Source: a virus. Taken from it: DNA of 64,000 nt. The stretch lies in the IMG/VR virus record IMGVR_UViG_3300042346_000326, positions 33,381 through 97,380 of that record, one strand, 5' to 3'. The notes under the pieces were generated by a model. That model was given only the letters and a program-made list of their open reading frames with translations, was not told the origin of the DNA and searched no databases. Every line of letters starts with the position of its first letter. The first letter of the stretch is position 1. Positions 35,482 to 46,369 of the stretch are shown here, piece after piece. Position numbers and translations under genes: made by a program.

Positions 35482-37217
35482 TGTCATTTCTAGATTTCAC
35501 GCCACCGTCTTATAGAGCGGCGTCATCTGACCTTACGATTTCTATTTCACCTCTTGGTCTTGTAGAACTTGCTGACGAAGAATTTGAGGTTCACGGTCCT
35601 CGTCTAAACCGTTATTCGCTCAACTGGGCAATGTACTTAGGGCATCACTGGGGTTATCGTCGTGAACAAGGCGAAATGCAAATTGCCGTTAATTACTATC
35701 GCGCTTTCAATGATTATCTTGCAAGGTTTGTCTTTGGTCGTGGAGTTCATTTTCGTTCTCCTAAATCGACTGAAGCAATTATTCCAGACCGCTTAGAGCG
35801 CATTTGGGAAATTGACAATGACAAGATGCGTGTTCTACTTGAGATGGGACAGCAGGGCGGTATTACTGGCGATGTTTTTGTAAAAGTAGCATACGAAGAG
35901 CCATGGACAGACTCTGCTGGCATGTTCCATCCTGGACGTGTTCGCATTCTTCCTATGAACTCATCTTTCTGCTTCCCTGAATTTCATCCACACGACAGAA
36001 CACGCCTACTTCGCTTTAAGCAGAAGTATCGTTTCTGGGGAACTTCTCTTGAAGGTACTCGCCAAGTATTTACTTACACTGAAATTTTGACTGACGATGT
36101 TATTGAAGAGTACATCAACGATGAACTCATTGATTCACGCCCAAATCCACTAGGACTTATTCCAGTGGTACATATTCCTAACGTTCCTGTTTCAGGTTCA
36201 CCGTGGGGTCTCTCGGACGCACACGACATCATCACTATCAACCGTGCATATAACGAAATTAGCACTGATGTTGCAGACATCATTAACTATCACGCTTCTC
36301 CTGTGACAGTTATCGTTGGTGCTAAAGCCTCTAACCTTGAGAAAGGTGCTAAGAAGGTTTGGGGCGGTCTTCCAAAAGACGCCCAAGTCTTCAATCTTGA
36401 AGGTGGCGCATCAGGTATTGATGGCGCTTTGAAATATCTTGAGTTATTAAAACGCTCAATGCACGAAATCATGAACATTCCAGAAACTGCGCTTGGACAA
36501 GTCCAGCCAATTTCTAATACATCAGGTGTTGCTCTTTCTATTCAGTATCAGCCACTGATGAATCGCTACTCTCAAAAGGTAGCCCAGTATGGCAAGGGAC
36601 TAGAGCGAATCAATGAACTTGCACTTCGCACCCTTGCTATCAAGGAACCACAAACATTTTTATATAATCCAAATGAAGATGGGCCAATCAAGGAAGGTCA
36701 ACTAGACCGTCTTGACCCAAATGACCCACTTTCATATATGAACTATGTACAGTTCCCACCTCCATTACCATTAGACAAACTAATTGTGCTTAACGAAATT
36801 CAGACCAAACTTGGTATGGGTCTTGAGTCTAAAGAGGGGGCACTTCGTACTCTTGGTGAAGAATTCCCAGAAGAGAAGTTACAAGAGATTCGTCGTGAAC
36901 TTGTTGAAGATGCTAAGGCAGACGGAGCCCTCACTCTTGTCCGCGTTCAGATTCAAAAGCAGATTCAAGACATGACAGGTATGATGCCAGGACCTGATGG
37001 AACAAGCGCAGTTCCGCTCCAACCTACTGAACTAGGTGATGGAGATATCATGGGAGATGGCGTAGAAGGCGCTCCTTCACCTGAGAATATCGAAAACCCA
37101 GTCAATCAAGAGGCTGAGGCTATTAATTCACAGGCAGAAGCCGCTATCCGTGAAACGCTACTAACCCAAGCCTATGGAACAAAGATTCCACAGAGAAGGG
37201 CAGTAGATAGAGAATAA
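35481..37217 (+). CDS. portal protein (SPP1 gp6-like)
   Basis: Position after terminase; NPLGLIPVVHIPN, SGVALSIQYQPL. Confidence 0.88.
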   Translation: MSFLDFTPPSYRAASSDLTISISPLGLVELADEEFEVHGPRLNRYSLNWAMYLGHHWGYRREQGEMQIAVNYYRAFNDYLARFVFGRGVHFRSPKSTEAIIPDRLERIWEIDNDKMRVLLEMGQQGGITGDVFVKVAYEEPWTDSAGMFHPGRVRILPMNSSFCFPEFHPHDRTRLLRFKQKYRFWGTSLEGTRQVFTYTEILTDDVIEEYINDELIDSRPNPLGLIPVVHIPNVPVSGSPWGLSDAHDIITINRAYNEISTDVADIINYHASPVTVIVGAKASNLEKGAKKVWGGLPKDAQVFNLEGGASGIDGALKYLELLKRSMHEIMNIPETALGQVQPISNTSGVALSIQYQPLMNRYSQKVAQYGKGLERINELALRTLAIKEPQTFLYNPNEDGPIKEGQLDRLDPNDPLSYMNYVQFPPPLPLDKLIVLNEIQTKLGMGLESKEGALRTLGEEFPEEKLQEIRRELVEDAKADGALTLVRVQIQKQIQDMTGMMPGPDGTSAVPLQPTELGDGDIMGDGVEGAPSPENIENPVNQEAEAINSQAEAAIRETLLTQAYGTKIPQRRAVDRE

Positions 37218-37338
37218 GTTTCCAACTATAAAAAGTTTGGAATATATCGAGACAATTGCGTATAAATGTACTGCAATTATCTCATAATAACTAAGGGACA
37301 CGCCGCAAGGCATACGGACAACGACATAAGAAAGATAA

Positions 37339-38103
37339 GTGACTACTATGGAAAACGCAGTAGACGAAACAAATATTACTGAGATGCAAATCCCAGTAGA
37401 TGTACAAATGAGTGGAGATATGCCTACCTATTCTGCTGATGACATTGCGAAAGCACGTGAGCAGGAAAAGGCAAAACTTTATCCTCAGTTAGAAAAGATG
37501 AAAGAAGAACTCGCTTCTCTGAAAAGAGAGCGTGAAGAAGTGGCAGCCCGTGAAGCAGAGCGTCAATCACGCATTGCTGATGAGGAAGCCCGTGCAGCAC
37601 AGTTGAAGAAGGAACAGGAAGAAAACGAACTGTCCTTCAAAGACCTTCTCAAAAAGAAGGAGCAAGAATTTCAATCTCAGTTAGAGAATGAGCGTCTTGA
37701 AAGAGAACGTGCTATCGCACTCCTTGAACAGGAACGCAAGTTCCAAGAGTTGATGAACTATCGTCAATCTCGATTAGAGCAGGAAAGAGATAACATCATT
37801 CCTGAACTTATTGATTTAATTGAAGGTGGTTCACAAGATGAAATAGAGCAGAGCATCTCAACTCTGAAAGACAAATCTGCTCGAATTTTAGACTCCGCTC
37901 AACAGGCTATGCAGTCTGCTAGAGCACAAATGGCAGGACCACGCGTTACAGCGCCTGCCGCAGGACCCCTCGATAATGACTCGTCACAACAATCGTTTAC
38001 TCCTGATTCAATCAGGGATATGTCATTGGCAGACTATGCGAAACAAAGAGCCAAATTACTTGGCAATGCAGCATCAAATCGTGGTCAGGGACTGTTCGGT
38101 TAA
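37339..38103 (+). CDS. capsid scaffolding protein
   Basis: Long coiled coil; C-terminal MSLADYAKQRAKLL; precedes MCP. Confidence 0.8.
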   Translation: MTTMENAVDETNITEMQIPVDVQMSGDMPTYSADDIAKAREQEKAKLYPQLEKMKEELASLKREREEVAAREAERQSRIADEEARAAQLKKEQEENELSFKDLLKKKEQEFQSQLENERLERERAIALLEQERKFQELMNYRQSRLEQERDNIIPELIDLIEGGSQDEIEQSISTLKDKSARILDSAQQAMQSARAQMAGPRVTAPAAGPLDNDSSQQSFTPDSIRDMSLADYAKQRAKLLGNAASNRGQGLFG

Positions 38104-38136
38104 TCCACACAACTATCTAGAAAGGACTTGACCTAA

Positions 38137-39264
38137 ATGGCAAGTGCAATTACAGGTACTGGTCAACTAGCCAGCGCCCCTACCGCTTATTCAGGCTCCA
38201 ATACAAGCCTTAATCAAGCAATTCAAACAATCTGGTCGAAGGAAATCCTCTTCCAGGCAATGCCAATTCTTCGTTTTGAACAGTTTGCAGTTAAGAAGAC
38301 TGAACTAGGAGTTGCTCCTGGTCTTCGTGTGAACTTCCTTCGTTACAAGAACTTTGCAGTAGACCCATCTCCTCTAACAGAAGGTGTTCGTATGACAACG
38401 AACGCTCTTACTGCAGAGCAGATTGCTATTACTGTTGCAGAACACGGCTACGCAGTAGCAGTTTCTGAACTTCTTCTAAATGCATCCTTCGATGACGTGA
38501 TGGCTTCTGCTTCACGTCTTCTTGGTCGCCACATGGCACAGTACCTAGATGTACAGGCACGTAACACACTTTCTGCAGCAACTTCTGCAGTATTTGGTTA
38601 TGACCGTTCTGCACTTCAGGGTGTTAATGACTGGTACAACGAAGGAAGCGCTGCAACACAGTTCTCAGACCTCGATGGTAACTACAAGTTATCTACAGGT
38701 GCTGTCAAGGATGCTGCTCTTACCCTTGCTGGTAAGAACATCCCACGCCTTGGTGAGACATACGTACAGTTCGTACATCCAAAGCAGTCACGTGATATCC
38801 GTTCGAACCCAGAGTTCATCGAGGTAACAAAGTACGCTGCTCCAGGAAACTTCATGCTCGGTGAAATCGGACGTCTCTATGACGTAGTATTCATCGAAAC
38901 AACACAGGTTAAGAAGTTGGCTGTTAACGCTTCTTATACAACTTCAACAAGCGTAGGAGTTCCTGCGTCTCAGATTGAAGTACCTGTTAAGGCTAACACT
39001 CGCCCAGGTTCAGGCGGTAACCCAGAGTCTGCAGATTTCACTGCTGAAAAGGGTTATTTGACTTCTGCAACTGGAAACGGTGCTGAGGTTTACGAGTCCA
39101 TCATGATTGGTGACAATGCATTTGGTCACGCAATCTCCCTCCCAGTTGAACTCCGCGATGGTGGCGTTCTCGACTTCGGTCGTGAGCACGCTCTTGCTTG
39201 GTATGCAATTTGGGGTCTTGGTGTTATCACAGACCAGGCTATCGTCAAGGTCTACACCAACTAG
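38137..39264 (+). CDS. major capsid protein (N4 gp56-like family)
   Basis: IWSKEIL, LTEGV, FVHPKQ..D, GEIG.LY.V.FIET, DFGR; biased codon usage. Confidence 0.9.
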   Translation: MASAITGTGQLASAPTAYSGSNTSLNQAIQTIWSKEILFQAMPILRFEQFAVKKTELGVAPGLRVNFLRYKNFAVDPSPLTEGVRMTTNALTAEQIAITVAEHGYAVAVSELLLNASFDDVMASASRLLGRHMAQYLDVQARNTLSAATSAVFGYDRSALQGVNDWYNEGSAATQFSDLDGNYKLSTGAVKDAALTLAGKNIPRLGETYVQFVHPKQSRDIRSNPEFIEVTKYAAPGNFMLGEIGRLYDVVFIETTQVKKLAVNASYTTSTSVGVPASQIEVPVKANTRPGSGGNPESADFTAEKGYLTSATGNGAEVYESIMIGDNAFGHAISLPVELRDGGVLDFGREHALAWYAIWGLGVITDQAIVKVYTN

Positions 39265-39344
39265 TTTCACCTTATGTCTGGGAGCCATACTCCTTCTTTG
39301 GCTCCCAGGCATAAACAATCACACAACTTAGGAGAATAAACACC

Positions 39345-39728
39345 GTGGCAAATAAAGCAACAAGTCCATTGGATGCAACAGGAGTTGCAGCCGAAAGAGC
39401 AGCAAAAAAGAACGCTACTGAAGTAAAAAAGCGTCAAGAAGAAATTTCTATCGCTAATCAGTTAGAGGCAGAGTCTCTTGAAAGAGACATCTTCGACCCA
39501 AAGAAACCAGATGCTCCACTCGTCTTGGACGAAATTGAAAGTGTTGGAGTCTCAGTGTCGAATGAGTACGTAGTCATTCGAACAATTACCGACATTGATG
39601 ACATGACATTTGGAGTCGTTAACGGGACCCCTCAAAGTTACTCATTCAAATCAGGAGTTAAGTACCGTGTCCCACGACACCTCTCTGATTATCTAGAGCA
39701 ACTTGGGTACATTTGGCGGCCTAACTAA
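39345..39728 (+). CDS. head-associated hypothetical protein
   Basis: AGGAG RBS; follows MCP. Confidence 0.6.
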   Translation: MANKATSPLDATGVAAERAAKKNATEVKKRQEEISIANQLEAESLERDIFDPKKPDAPLVLDEIESVGVSVSNEYVVIRTITDIDDMTFGVVNGTPQSYSFKSGVKYRVPRHLSDYLEQLGYIWRPN

Positions 39729-39746
39729 GCCGTCGCTAGTAGTCCT

Positions 39747-39796
39747 CCCTCAACTGGTTCCCGCCCTCCTCCCAGTTGAGGGTTGGACCTTTTTTG
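39747..39796 (+). terminator. intrinsic terminator with C-rich loop
   Basis: CCCTCAACTGG / CCAGTTGAGGG then a T run. Confidence 0.7.
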
Positions 39797-39854
39797 TGCT
39801 GTTTATTTGTAAGTTACAAGAGAGAATAACAACACTTGAGTTCTCGGAGGTTTT

Positions 39855-40919
39855 GTGGCGACGTTATCTAGCCTAGGAAGCAGGCTTCGCACTGAAATAG
39901 GCGATATCGGCAAATCTTTTGTGTATCAATTTACAGCCGATGGAACCACCAATCGATTCTTAGTTCCATACTCACCTCTTGATGGATTAAACCTGTCAAT
40001 ATTACAAGATGGCGTCAACGTATCTGACGATGTTGCAGTTGAAGAAGCCACAGGATATATAGTCTTTGACACAACACCATCAGCAGATGACGTAATAATT
40101 GTTGCTGGTAATTATTATAGATATTTTACCGACACAGAAACTGAACAATTTGTTAGCACTGCATTTACTGAACACAGTGCGTATCACACGGACGCGTACG
40201 GGCGAAGCGTTTCTCTACAAAATCTTCCTGTTCTTGAAGAGTACCCAGTAGTTATTTATGCAGCAACACTGGCTCTCTATGCGTTAGCCAATGATGCTGC
40301 ATTTGATATTAACGTGTTTGCTCCAGATGGCGTAACTATTCCTCGTTCTGAACGATATCAGCAGTTGATGCAAATGGTTCAGGCTCGTCAAAGCCAGTAC
40401 AAAGAACTTTGTTCACAACTTGGTATTGGTCTTTACAAGATTGATGTATTTAGTTTGCGCCGAATTTCAAAAACTACAAATCGTTATGTACCAATCTTTC
40501 AACCTATGGAAGTCGATGATAGAGAGACTCCAACACGGGTTTACGTACCTATCCCAACTTACGGTGGAGTTGATGCTCCTGTTACAACTATTGTTCAAGA
40601 CCTGTTTGTGTATGAAGGCGATGACTATACCTTCAATGTAGTTTTTGATTTTGAACTTGATACATACACGGCAACCTCCGAAATACGTGCGCTTCCTGGA
40701 AGTTCTGCCTTAATAACTTCTTTCAATATTACAAAACCTGATGTTGGTTCAGGTGATGGAGCAGGGCTTCGTACTTTACAGTTGGACCTTACTGAAGTCC
40801 AAACCCGTCTCCTTCCAAAAACGTCGTACTACGACATTCAAATGGTGGATTCAAACGGCGTTACAAAAACGTATGTTACGGGTAAAATCTTCTTGACTAA
40901 AGAGGTGACTACTGAATGA
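39855..40919 (+). CDS. head-tail adaptor-like protein with C-terminal Ig/BppU-like domain
   Basis: LRTEIGD..YFTD.E; YEGDDYTF..YYDIQMVD..GKIF. Confidence 0.6.
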   Translation: MATLSSLGSRLRTEIGDIGKSFVYQFTADGTTNRFLVPYSPLDGLNLSILQDGVNVSDDVAVEEATGYIVFDTTPSADDVIIVAGNYYRYFTDTETEQFVSTAFTEHSAYHTDAYGRSVSLQNLPVLEEYPVVIYAATLALYALANDAAFDINVFAPDGVTIPRSERYQQLMQMVQARQSQYKELCSQLGIGLYKIDVFSLRRISKTTNRYVPIFQPMEVDDRETPTRVYVPIPTYGGVDAPVTTIVQDLFVYEGDDYTFNVVFDFELDTYTATSEIRALPGSSALITSFNITKPDVGSGDGAGLRTLQLDLTEVQTRLLPKTSYYDIQMVDSNGVTKTYVTGKIFLTKEVTTE

Positions 40920-41236
40920 GCCAATACGTAAGACCAGGGGCTAACTCAACGACGTATGTAAACGACGTCATTAGTATTACAACGCCTTCAGGAACTGCCT
41001 CTTATGGAACTTCTGGGTCAGTAACAGAGGTAGTAGTTCCAGACCTTGCATATGCTCATAATCAGGCCACTTCCAGTTCTACCTGGACAATTGTTCATAA
41101 TTTAGATTTTTATCCTAACGTTACGGTTGTAGACTCTGCTGGTACAATCGTTGAGGGCGAAATCGCCTACACAAATCGAAATCAAATCGTGCTCACATTC
41201 TCAGCAGCATTTAGCGGTAAAGCCTATTTATCATAA
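40916..41236 (+). CDS. small virion fibre-associated protein
   Basis: WTIVHNL..PNVTVVD..F...FSGKAYL. Confidence 0.6.
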   Translation: MSQYVRPGANSTTYVNDVISITTPSGTASYGTSGSVTEVVVPDLAYAHNQATSSSTWTIVHNLDFYPNVTVVDSAGTIVEGEIAYTNRNQIVLTFSAAFSGKAYLS

Positions 41237-41247
41237 GGAGACATTGA

Positions 41248-44067
41248 GTGGCACGTAAATATTTAACCCCAATTGATTTAACTAAGTTAGAACTTCAGAA
41301 TGCCCGCATTCAGAACCTAGCAACAGCCCCAGGAAGCCCAGTAGTAGGTCAAATCTATTTTGACACTGTACTTGGTTATCTTCGTGTTTGGAATGGCAGT
41401 GCATGGGTTAATACAAGCCAAGGTGCTCAAGGTACGCAAGGCACTCAAGGTACAACTGGTGCTCAAGGTACACAAGGAACACAGGGAACCGCAGGTGCGC
41501 AAGGTCTTGACGGTGCTAATGGTTCGCAAGGTACACAAGGAACACAAGGTACACAAGGTACTGTTGGTGCGCAAGGAACTCAAGGAACACAGGGCACCGA
41601 AGGTGCGCAAGGCGCAGAAGGTGCACAAGGTACAACTGGTGAGACTGGTGCTCAAGGTACGCAAGGAACACAAGGTGTTGAGGGACAACAGGGTGTACAG
41701 GGAACTCAAGGCACGCAAGGCGTTCAAGGTACTGAAGGACAGCAAGGAGTTCAAGGAACTGTTGGTTCTCAAGGCACACAAGGAACTGTTGGTTCTCAAG
41801 GCACACAAGGAACTGTTGGTTCTCAAGGCACCACAGGAGCGCAAGGTGCGGAAGGTGCACAAGGAACGGCTGGTGCGCAAGGTACAGAAGGCGCCCAAGG
41901 AACACAGGGAACACAAGGTACTCAAGGTGTTCAAGGTAAAGAAGGTTCCTTTGGTGGTATTTCATTTGAGTATAACTATGACAACTCAACCACTATGGCA
42001 GACCCAGGCGATACATACATTCGCCTTAATGCTTCTCCTTCTTCAGCAACAGCACTTGCAATTGATGACGTAAACGCTGCTTCAGTAGACATTCATCCAT
42101 ATCTACAAACAATTGATGACTCTACTTCAACAATTAAGGGTCACGTAAAGATTTCTCTAAAGTCAGATAGCAACACGTTTGCTCTCTACACAATTAGCAA
42201 CCTAACAGATAATGCAACATGGTTTCAAATAACAATTGCATATGTATCTGGTAATGGTTCATTCACAGATGAAGATGATGTAATTTTAACTTTTGCTCGT
42301 ACTGGTGATGTTGGTGCACAGGGTGCTCAAGGTACAACGGGTGCTCAAGGCGTACAGGGCACTACAGGTGCTCAGGGAGCAGAAGGTGCTCAAGGTACAG
42401 AGGGCGCTCAAGGTACAGAAGGTGCACAGGGAGTTCAAGGTACTGAAGGACAACAGGGTACTCAAGGAACTTTAGGTGCTCAGGGTACTCAAGGTACCGA
42501 AGGAGCCCAAGGCGTCGAAGGACAACAGGGCGTTCAGGGCGTTCAGGGAACTCAGGGCGTTCAAGGTACTCAAGGTGCAGACGGTATTCAAGGTCTAGAC
42601 GGTGCTAACGGTACCCAAGGTACAGTCGGTGCACAGGGTACAGTCGGTTCACAAGGAACAACTGGAGCCCAAGGTACTCAAGGTACAGCAGCACTTTGGA
42701 ACTTTACTGGTGCTTATAACATCGGATTACCATATGCAGTTGGCGATGTAGCAACTTACCAAGGACAGACTTGGTACCGCAAAAATGCTAATGGCGGTAA
42801 CGTTGGAGATACTCCTTCAGAAGGAACCTTCTGGACATTGCTTTCTGCGCAAGGCGTTCAAGGCACTGTAGGTTCACAGGGCACTGCGGGAACTCAGGGT
42901 ACTCAAGGTACACAGGGTGCTACTGGTACAACTGACCCAATCACTGCTGGCTATGCATTAACTAAGGTCGGAGACCAGGTCTCATTTGATGCCTTCGTCG
43001 CAAGTACTGGAGCAGGATTCGAAGGCGCTCAGTACACAACAACACTAAAGGCAATTGCTCCAACTGACAACAACGTAATTAACTTGCCAGATGCAGCAGG
43101 TACTATCGCTCTTACCAGCGATATCACAGCGACAATTGCTGATACTGATGATGTTCCAGAAGGTACTACAAACCTCTACTACACTGATGAGCGTGTAGAT
43201 GACCGTGTTAACGACCTTATCGTTGATGGTACTGGTATTCAAACCACCTACAACGATGGCGCTCAAACACTAACTATCGCTGTTGACACGACAGTCATCG
43301 CAACTCGTGCATACGTAGACTCAACAGCACAAGGTCTTGATGTCAAGGCTTCTGTTAAAGTTGCAACGACAGCAGCATTAGCAACCTACGCCTTCTCTAA
43401 CACAGGTGGCGGAACTCTTACGGCAAGTGCTAATGGCGCCCTAACAATTGATGGTGTAAATCTTGCGCAAGGTAACCGTGTTCTTGTAAAGAATGAAGCA
43501 GGTGCTAACGAGAAGTACAACGGTGTCTACTCCGTAGCAACTGCTGGTGATGGAAGCACTCCATGGGAGTTGATGCGTGCAGACGATGCAAATGCTTCTG
43601 CAGATGTCACAGCAGGCCTCTTCACATTCGTTGAGCAAGGCACAACAAATGCTGATACTGGCTGGGTATTAACAACTAATGACAGCATCACCCTTAACAC
43701 TACAGCGCTAACCTTCACACAGTTCTCTGGTGCAGGAACATACATCGCTGGTGGCGGTCTAACTCTTACTGGTAACACATTTGCAGTGGGCGCTGGAACA
43801 GGTATCACCGTAAACGCTGATGATGTTGCAGTAGACACAACCACAGTTGCTAGAAAGTACACAACCACAGTTGGTGACAACAGCGCAACATCCTTTACAA
43901 TCACACACAACTTCAATACACGTGGAGTCGTTGTTTCGGTTTACAACGCAGCCTCCGCTTATGAAGAGGTAGTTGTAGATGTTGAAAAGACAACCGTCAA
44001 CACCGTTACTGTGAAGTTTGCTGAAGCCCCAGCAACTAATGCTTACGTCGTGGCGGTCATTGGCTAA
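41248..44067 (+). CDS. collagen-like fibre protein (G-X-Q repeats)
   Basis: Three blocks of GTQ/GAQ/GVQ triplets separated by globular domains. Confidence 0.85.
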   Translation: MARKYLTPIDLTKLELQNARIQNLATAPGSPVVGQIYFDTVLGYLRVWNGSAWVNTSQGAQGTQGTQGTTGAQGTQGTQGTAGAQGLDGANGSQGTQGTQGTQGTVGAQGTQGTQGTEGAQGAEGAQGTTGETGAQGTQGTQGVEGQQGVQGTQGTQGVQGTEGQQGVQGTVGSQGTQGTVGSQGTQGTVGSQGTTGAQGAEGAQGTAGAQGTEGAQGTQGTQGTQGVQGKEGSFGGISFEYNYDNSTTMADPGDTYIRLNASPSSATALAIDDVNAASVDIHPYLQTIDDSTSTIKGHVKISLKSDSNTFALYTISNLTDNATWFQITIAYVSGNGSFTDEDDVILTFARTGDVGAQGAQGTTGAQGVQGTTGAQGAEGAQGTEGAQGTEGAQGVQGTEGQQGTQGTLGAQGTQGTEGAQGVEGQQGVQGVQGTQGVQGTQGADGIQGLDGANGTQGTVGAQGTVGSQGTTGAQGTQGTAALWNFTGAYNIGLPYAVGDVATYQGQTWYRKNANGGNVGDTPSEGTFWTLLSAQGVQGTVGSQGTAGTQGTQGTQGATGTTDPITAGYALTKVGDQVSFDAFVASTGAGFEGAQYTTTLKAIAPTDNNVINLPDAAGTIALTSDITATIADTDDVPEGTTNLYYTDERVDDRVNDLIVDGTGIQTTYNDGAQTLTIAVDTTVIATRAYVDSTAQGLDVKASVKVATTAALATYAFSNTGGGTLTASANGALTIDGVNLAQGNRVLVKNEAGANEKYNGVYSVATAGDGSTPWELMRADDANASADVTAGLFTFVEQGTTNADTGWVLTTNDSITLNTTALTFTQFSGAGTYIAGGGLTLTGNTFAVGAGTGITVNADDVAVDTTTVARKYTTTVGDNSATSFTITHNFNTRGVVVSVYNAASAYEEVVVDVEKTTVNTVTVKFAEAPATNAYVVAVIG

Positions 44068-44069
44068 CG

Positions 44070-44351
44070 ATGAGCAGCAGAGCACTAGTACCACTGAACG
44101 TACTGGCTACCGTTACGGAGCCAGTAGGTCAGCATGCTGGTGACCTCTACTTTAATCCAGACAATCACAACCTCTATGTATTTGATGGAGTATTCTGGGT
44201 CGAGATATCGACAGTACCTACTTTCGACATCATAGAGGGTGGCGACGAAGCAAGCGGAAGCGACACCTATCTGTCAACAGCAGAAGGTGGAGACGAAGCA
44301 GGTGGCAGTGATTCTTATACCAGTTCCTATGATGGTGGAGGAGTAATCTAA
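44070..44351 (+). CDS. small fibre-associated protein
   Basis: GDLYFN..LYVFDG.FW; EGG/DGG repeats. Confidence 0.55.
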   Translation: MSSRALVPLNVLATVTEPVGQHAGDLYFNPDNHNLYVFDGVFWVEISTVPTFDIIEGGDEASGSDTYLSTAEGGDEAGGSDSYTSSYDGGGVI

Positions 44352-45643
44352 TGGCAGTAACAATCAAATTACGTCGTGGAACAGCAACGAACTGGTCAAC
44401 GAATAATCCAACTTTAGCCGCTGGTGAAGTCGGCATTGAAACCGATACTGGAAAATTAAAGATTGGTAATGGCTCTACCTCTTGGAACTCTCTTCCATAT
44501 GGCGGATTACAAGGTACTCAAGGAACTCAAGGTGTTCAGGGCGTTCAAGGTACACAGGGAGTCCAAGGAGTAGGGGGTGCTCAAGGAACCACTGGAGATA
44601 CTGGAGCCCAAGGTACTCAGGGAACACAAGGTACTCAAGGAACTCAAGGTACTCAGGGAACTCAGGGAACAGTTGGAGCCCAAGGTACTCAGGGAACACA
44701 AGGCGCTGAAGGTTCACAGGGTGCTGAAGGACAACAAGGTACTCAAGGAACGCAGGGTACGCAAGGCGTACAGGGAACTATTGGTTCTCAAGGTGTACAG
44801 GGTGTTCAGGGTACACAGGGTGTGCAAGGAAGCGAAGGACAACAAGGAACTCAAGGAACGACAGGCTCTCAGGGAGTTCAAGGTACCCAAGGCACTCAAG
44901 GAACCCAAGGAACCCAAGGAACTCAAGGTTCAATAGGAGCCCAAGGTGTTCAAGGTCTTGCTGGTCAAAGCGGTTCGTCATCTAGCATTTTTGAGTTTAA
45001 AGCAGACGCAAATAGCCAAGCAGACTCTGCTCCATCCAATGGACATCTTCGTTGGAACAACGCCACTCAAAAGAATGCTTCTTTTATATATATAAGCCAT
45101 CTCGACACTCTTGGTAATGACAATGATGTGATTTTTTCACTCATTAAACAAGGCGATGTAATCACTGTTCAGAAAAAAGACAATTCAGATGATTATCAAA
45201 CATTTAATGTTAGTGGCGCTATAACAGTTATTTCGAACAGTTACATAAAGATTCCAGTATCAAATACTGGTTCTGGTGGTGTTGGAGCGACTAATTTTTC
45301 TCAAAATGACACTCTGTTATTCGTTATTACAAGCGTCGGTGTTCAAGGTCCAACTGGTGCGCAAGGCGTTCAAGGAACCGTCGGTGCACAAGGAACAGTT
45401 GGTTCACAGGGTGTACAAGGAACGCAGGGAACACAGGGTGTACAAGGAACCATCGGTGCTCAAGGAGCCCAAGGAACGACAGGCTCTCAGGGAGTTCAAG
45501 GTGTTCAAGGCACAGTTGGTACTGGTACACAGGGAACTCAAGGTGTGCAAGGAACTGCAGGTACCACAGGTACTCAAGGAACAGCAGGAACTGCAGCAGC
45601 AGGCGGTTCTATCCCAGATATCCTGATGCTAGGTGGTATGTAG
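44351..45643 (+). CDS. collagen-like fibre with Mtd-N/hyaluronidase-N-like domain
   Basis: IKLRRGTA..W..NPTLAAGEVGIETDTGKLKIGNG; G-X-Q repeats. Confidence 0.85.
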   Translation: MAVTIKLRRGTATNWSTNNPTLAAGEVGIETDTGKLKIGNGSTSWNSLPYGGLQGTQGTQGVQGVQGTQGVQGVGGAQGTTGDTGAQGTQGTQGTQGTQGTQGTQGTVGAQGTQGTQGAEGSQGAEGQQGTQGTQGTQGVQGTIGSQGVQGVQGTQGVQGSEGQQGTQGTTGSQGVQGTQGTQGTQGTQGTQGSIGAQGVQGLAGQSGSSSSIFEFKADANSQADSAPSNGHLRWNNATQKNASFIYISHLDTLGNDNDVIFSLIKQGDVITVQKKDNSDDYQTFNVSGAITVISNSYIKIPVSNTGSGGVGATNFSQNDTLLFVITSVGVQGPTGAQGVQGTVGAQGTVGSQGVQGTQGTQGVQGTIGAQGAQGTTGSQGVQGVQGTVGTGTQGTQGVQGTAGTTGTQGTAGTAAAGGSIPDILMLGGM

Positions 45644-46369
45644 TAGTTCTGTACTGCCCCAGTGAATTTGGCTTTTACGGGCTGCATCTAAATTAAACTT
45701 TACTGGTCTATACGCATTTGGCTTTAGAGTGTAAGTTGCAAATCTCATTTGGTCTGGTTCTTGTTTCATTCTAAAATTAAATACATACCAATCTACTGGC
45801 GCTGTTATGCCACGTGTGGCTACATCATTCAGAGCCTTTTCTGCCCCACGTCTACTCACTGCATACGCAGCACATGACCACTGTTGATATGACCTACAAA
45901 TGTGCTGTTCATAAATATCGTGCTGTTCTTCGTTATAGGCAAACAGCGAGTCATCAGGAACAAAGATAGAGAAGAAGTCCCAGGTAGGCATCAACTCCTG
46001 CATATAAAAGTTTGTAATCATTTGAAAGTTTGCACTTAGTTCAACATCATCTTCAAAAATGAGTAGCACATCCTTATCAGTTTGCAAGAAGTTTTTATAT
46101 GCCAACCAGTTACTTGCCCAGACTCCAACTACTCCTGATGATGGAGGGAAGGTCTCTCCTGGCTGTGCATAGTCTTCTACAGTGTTTACTTTAAAGTCAG
46201 GATTATCGTTGATGAAGTCCTCAGCCTTATCTATAGTGTTTAAGTATTGAGTTGGAGAACCAAGCCTTGGAAGAAAATCAAGCCTCTTTAAAATTTTTTC
46301 ATAGGCTCTATTACGTATTTCATTTCCAGTATCAGTATGAAAGACCTCAAAGCAGGCATTGTTTAACAT
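45629..46369 (-). CDS. glycosyltransferase family 25
   Basis: GVWASN..LLIFEDDV..AYAVSRRGAEK..PVD. Confidence 0.8.
   Translation of the reverse strand: MLNNACFEVFHTDTGNEIRNRAYEKILKRLDFLPRLGSPTQYLNTIDKAEDFINDNPDFKVNTVEDYAQPGETFPPSSGVVGVWASNWLAYKNFLQTDKDVLLIFEDDVELSANFQMITNFYMQELMPTWDFFSIFVPDDSLFAYNEEQHDIYEQHICRSYQQWSCAAYAVSRRGAEKALNDVATRGITAPVDWYVFNFRMKQEPDQMRFATYTLKPNAYRPVKFNLDAARKSQIHWGSTELLHTT

Noticed and set aside
41317-45626. Many alternative-frame and antisense ORFs over the collagen-like genes
   Set aside because: Artefacts of 9-nt periodic coding repeats
44351-45643. Diversity-generating retroelement suggested by the Mtd-N-like domain
   Set aside because: No reverse transcriptase or TR/VR pair in the window
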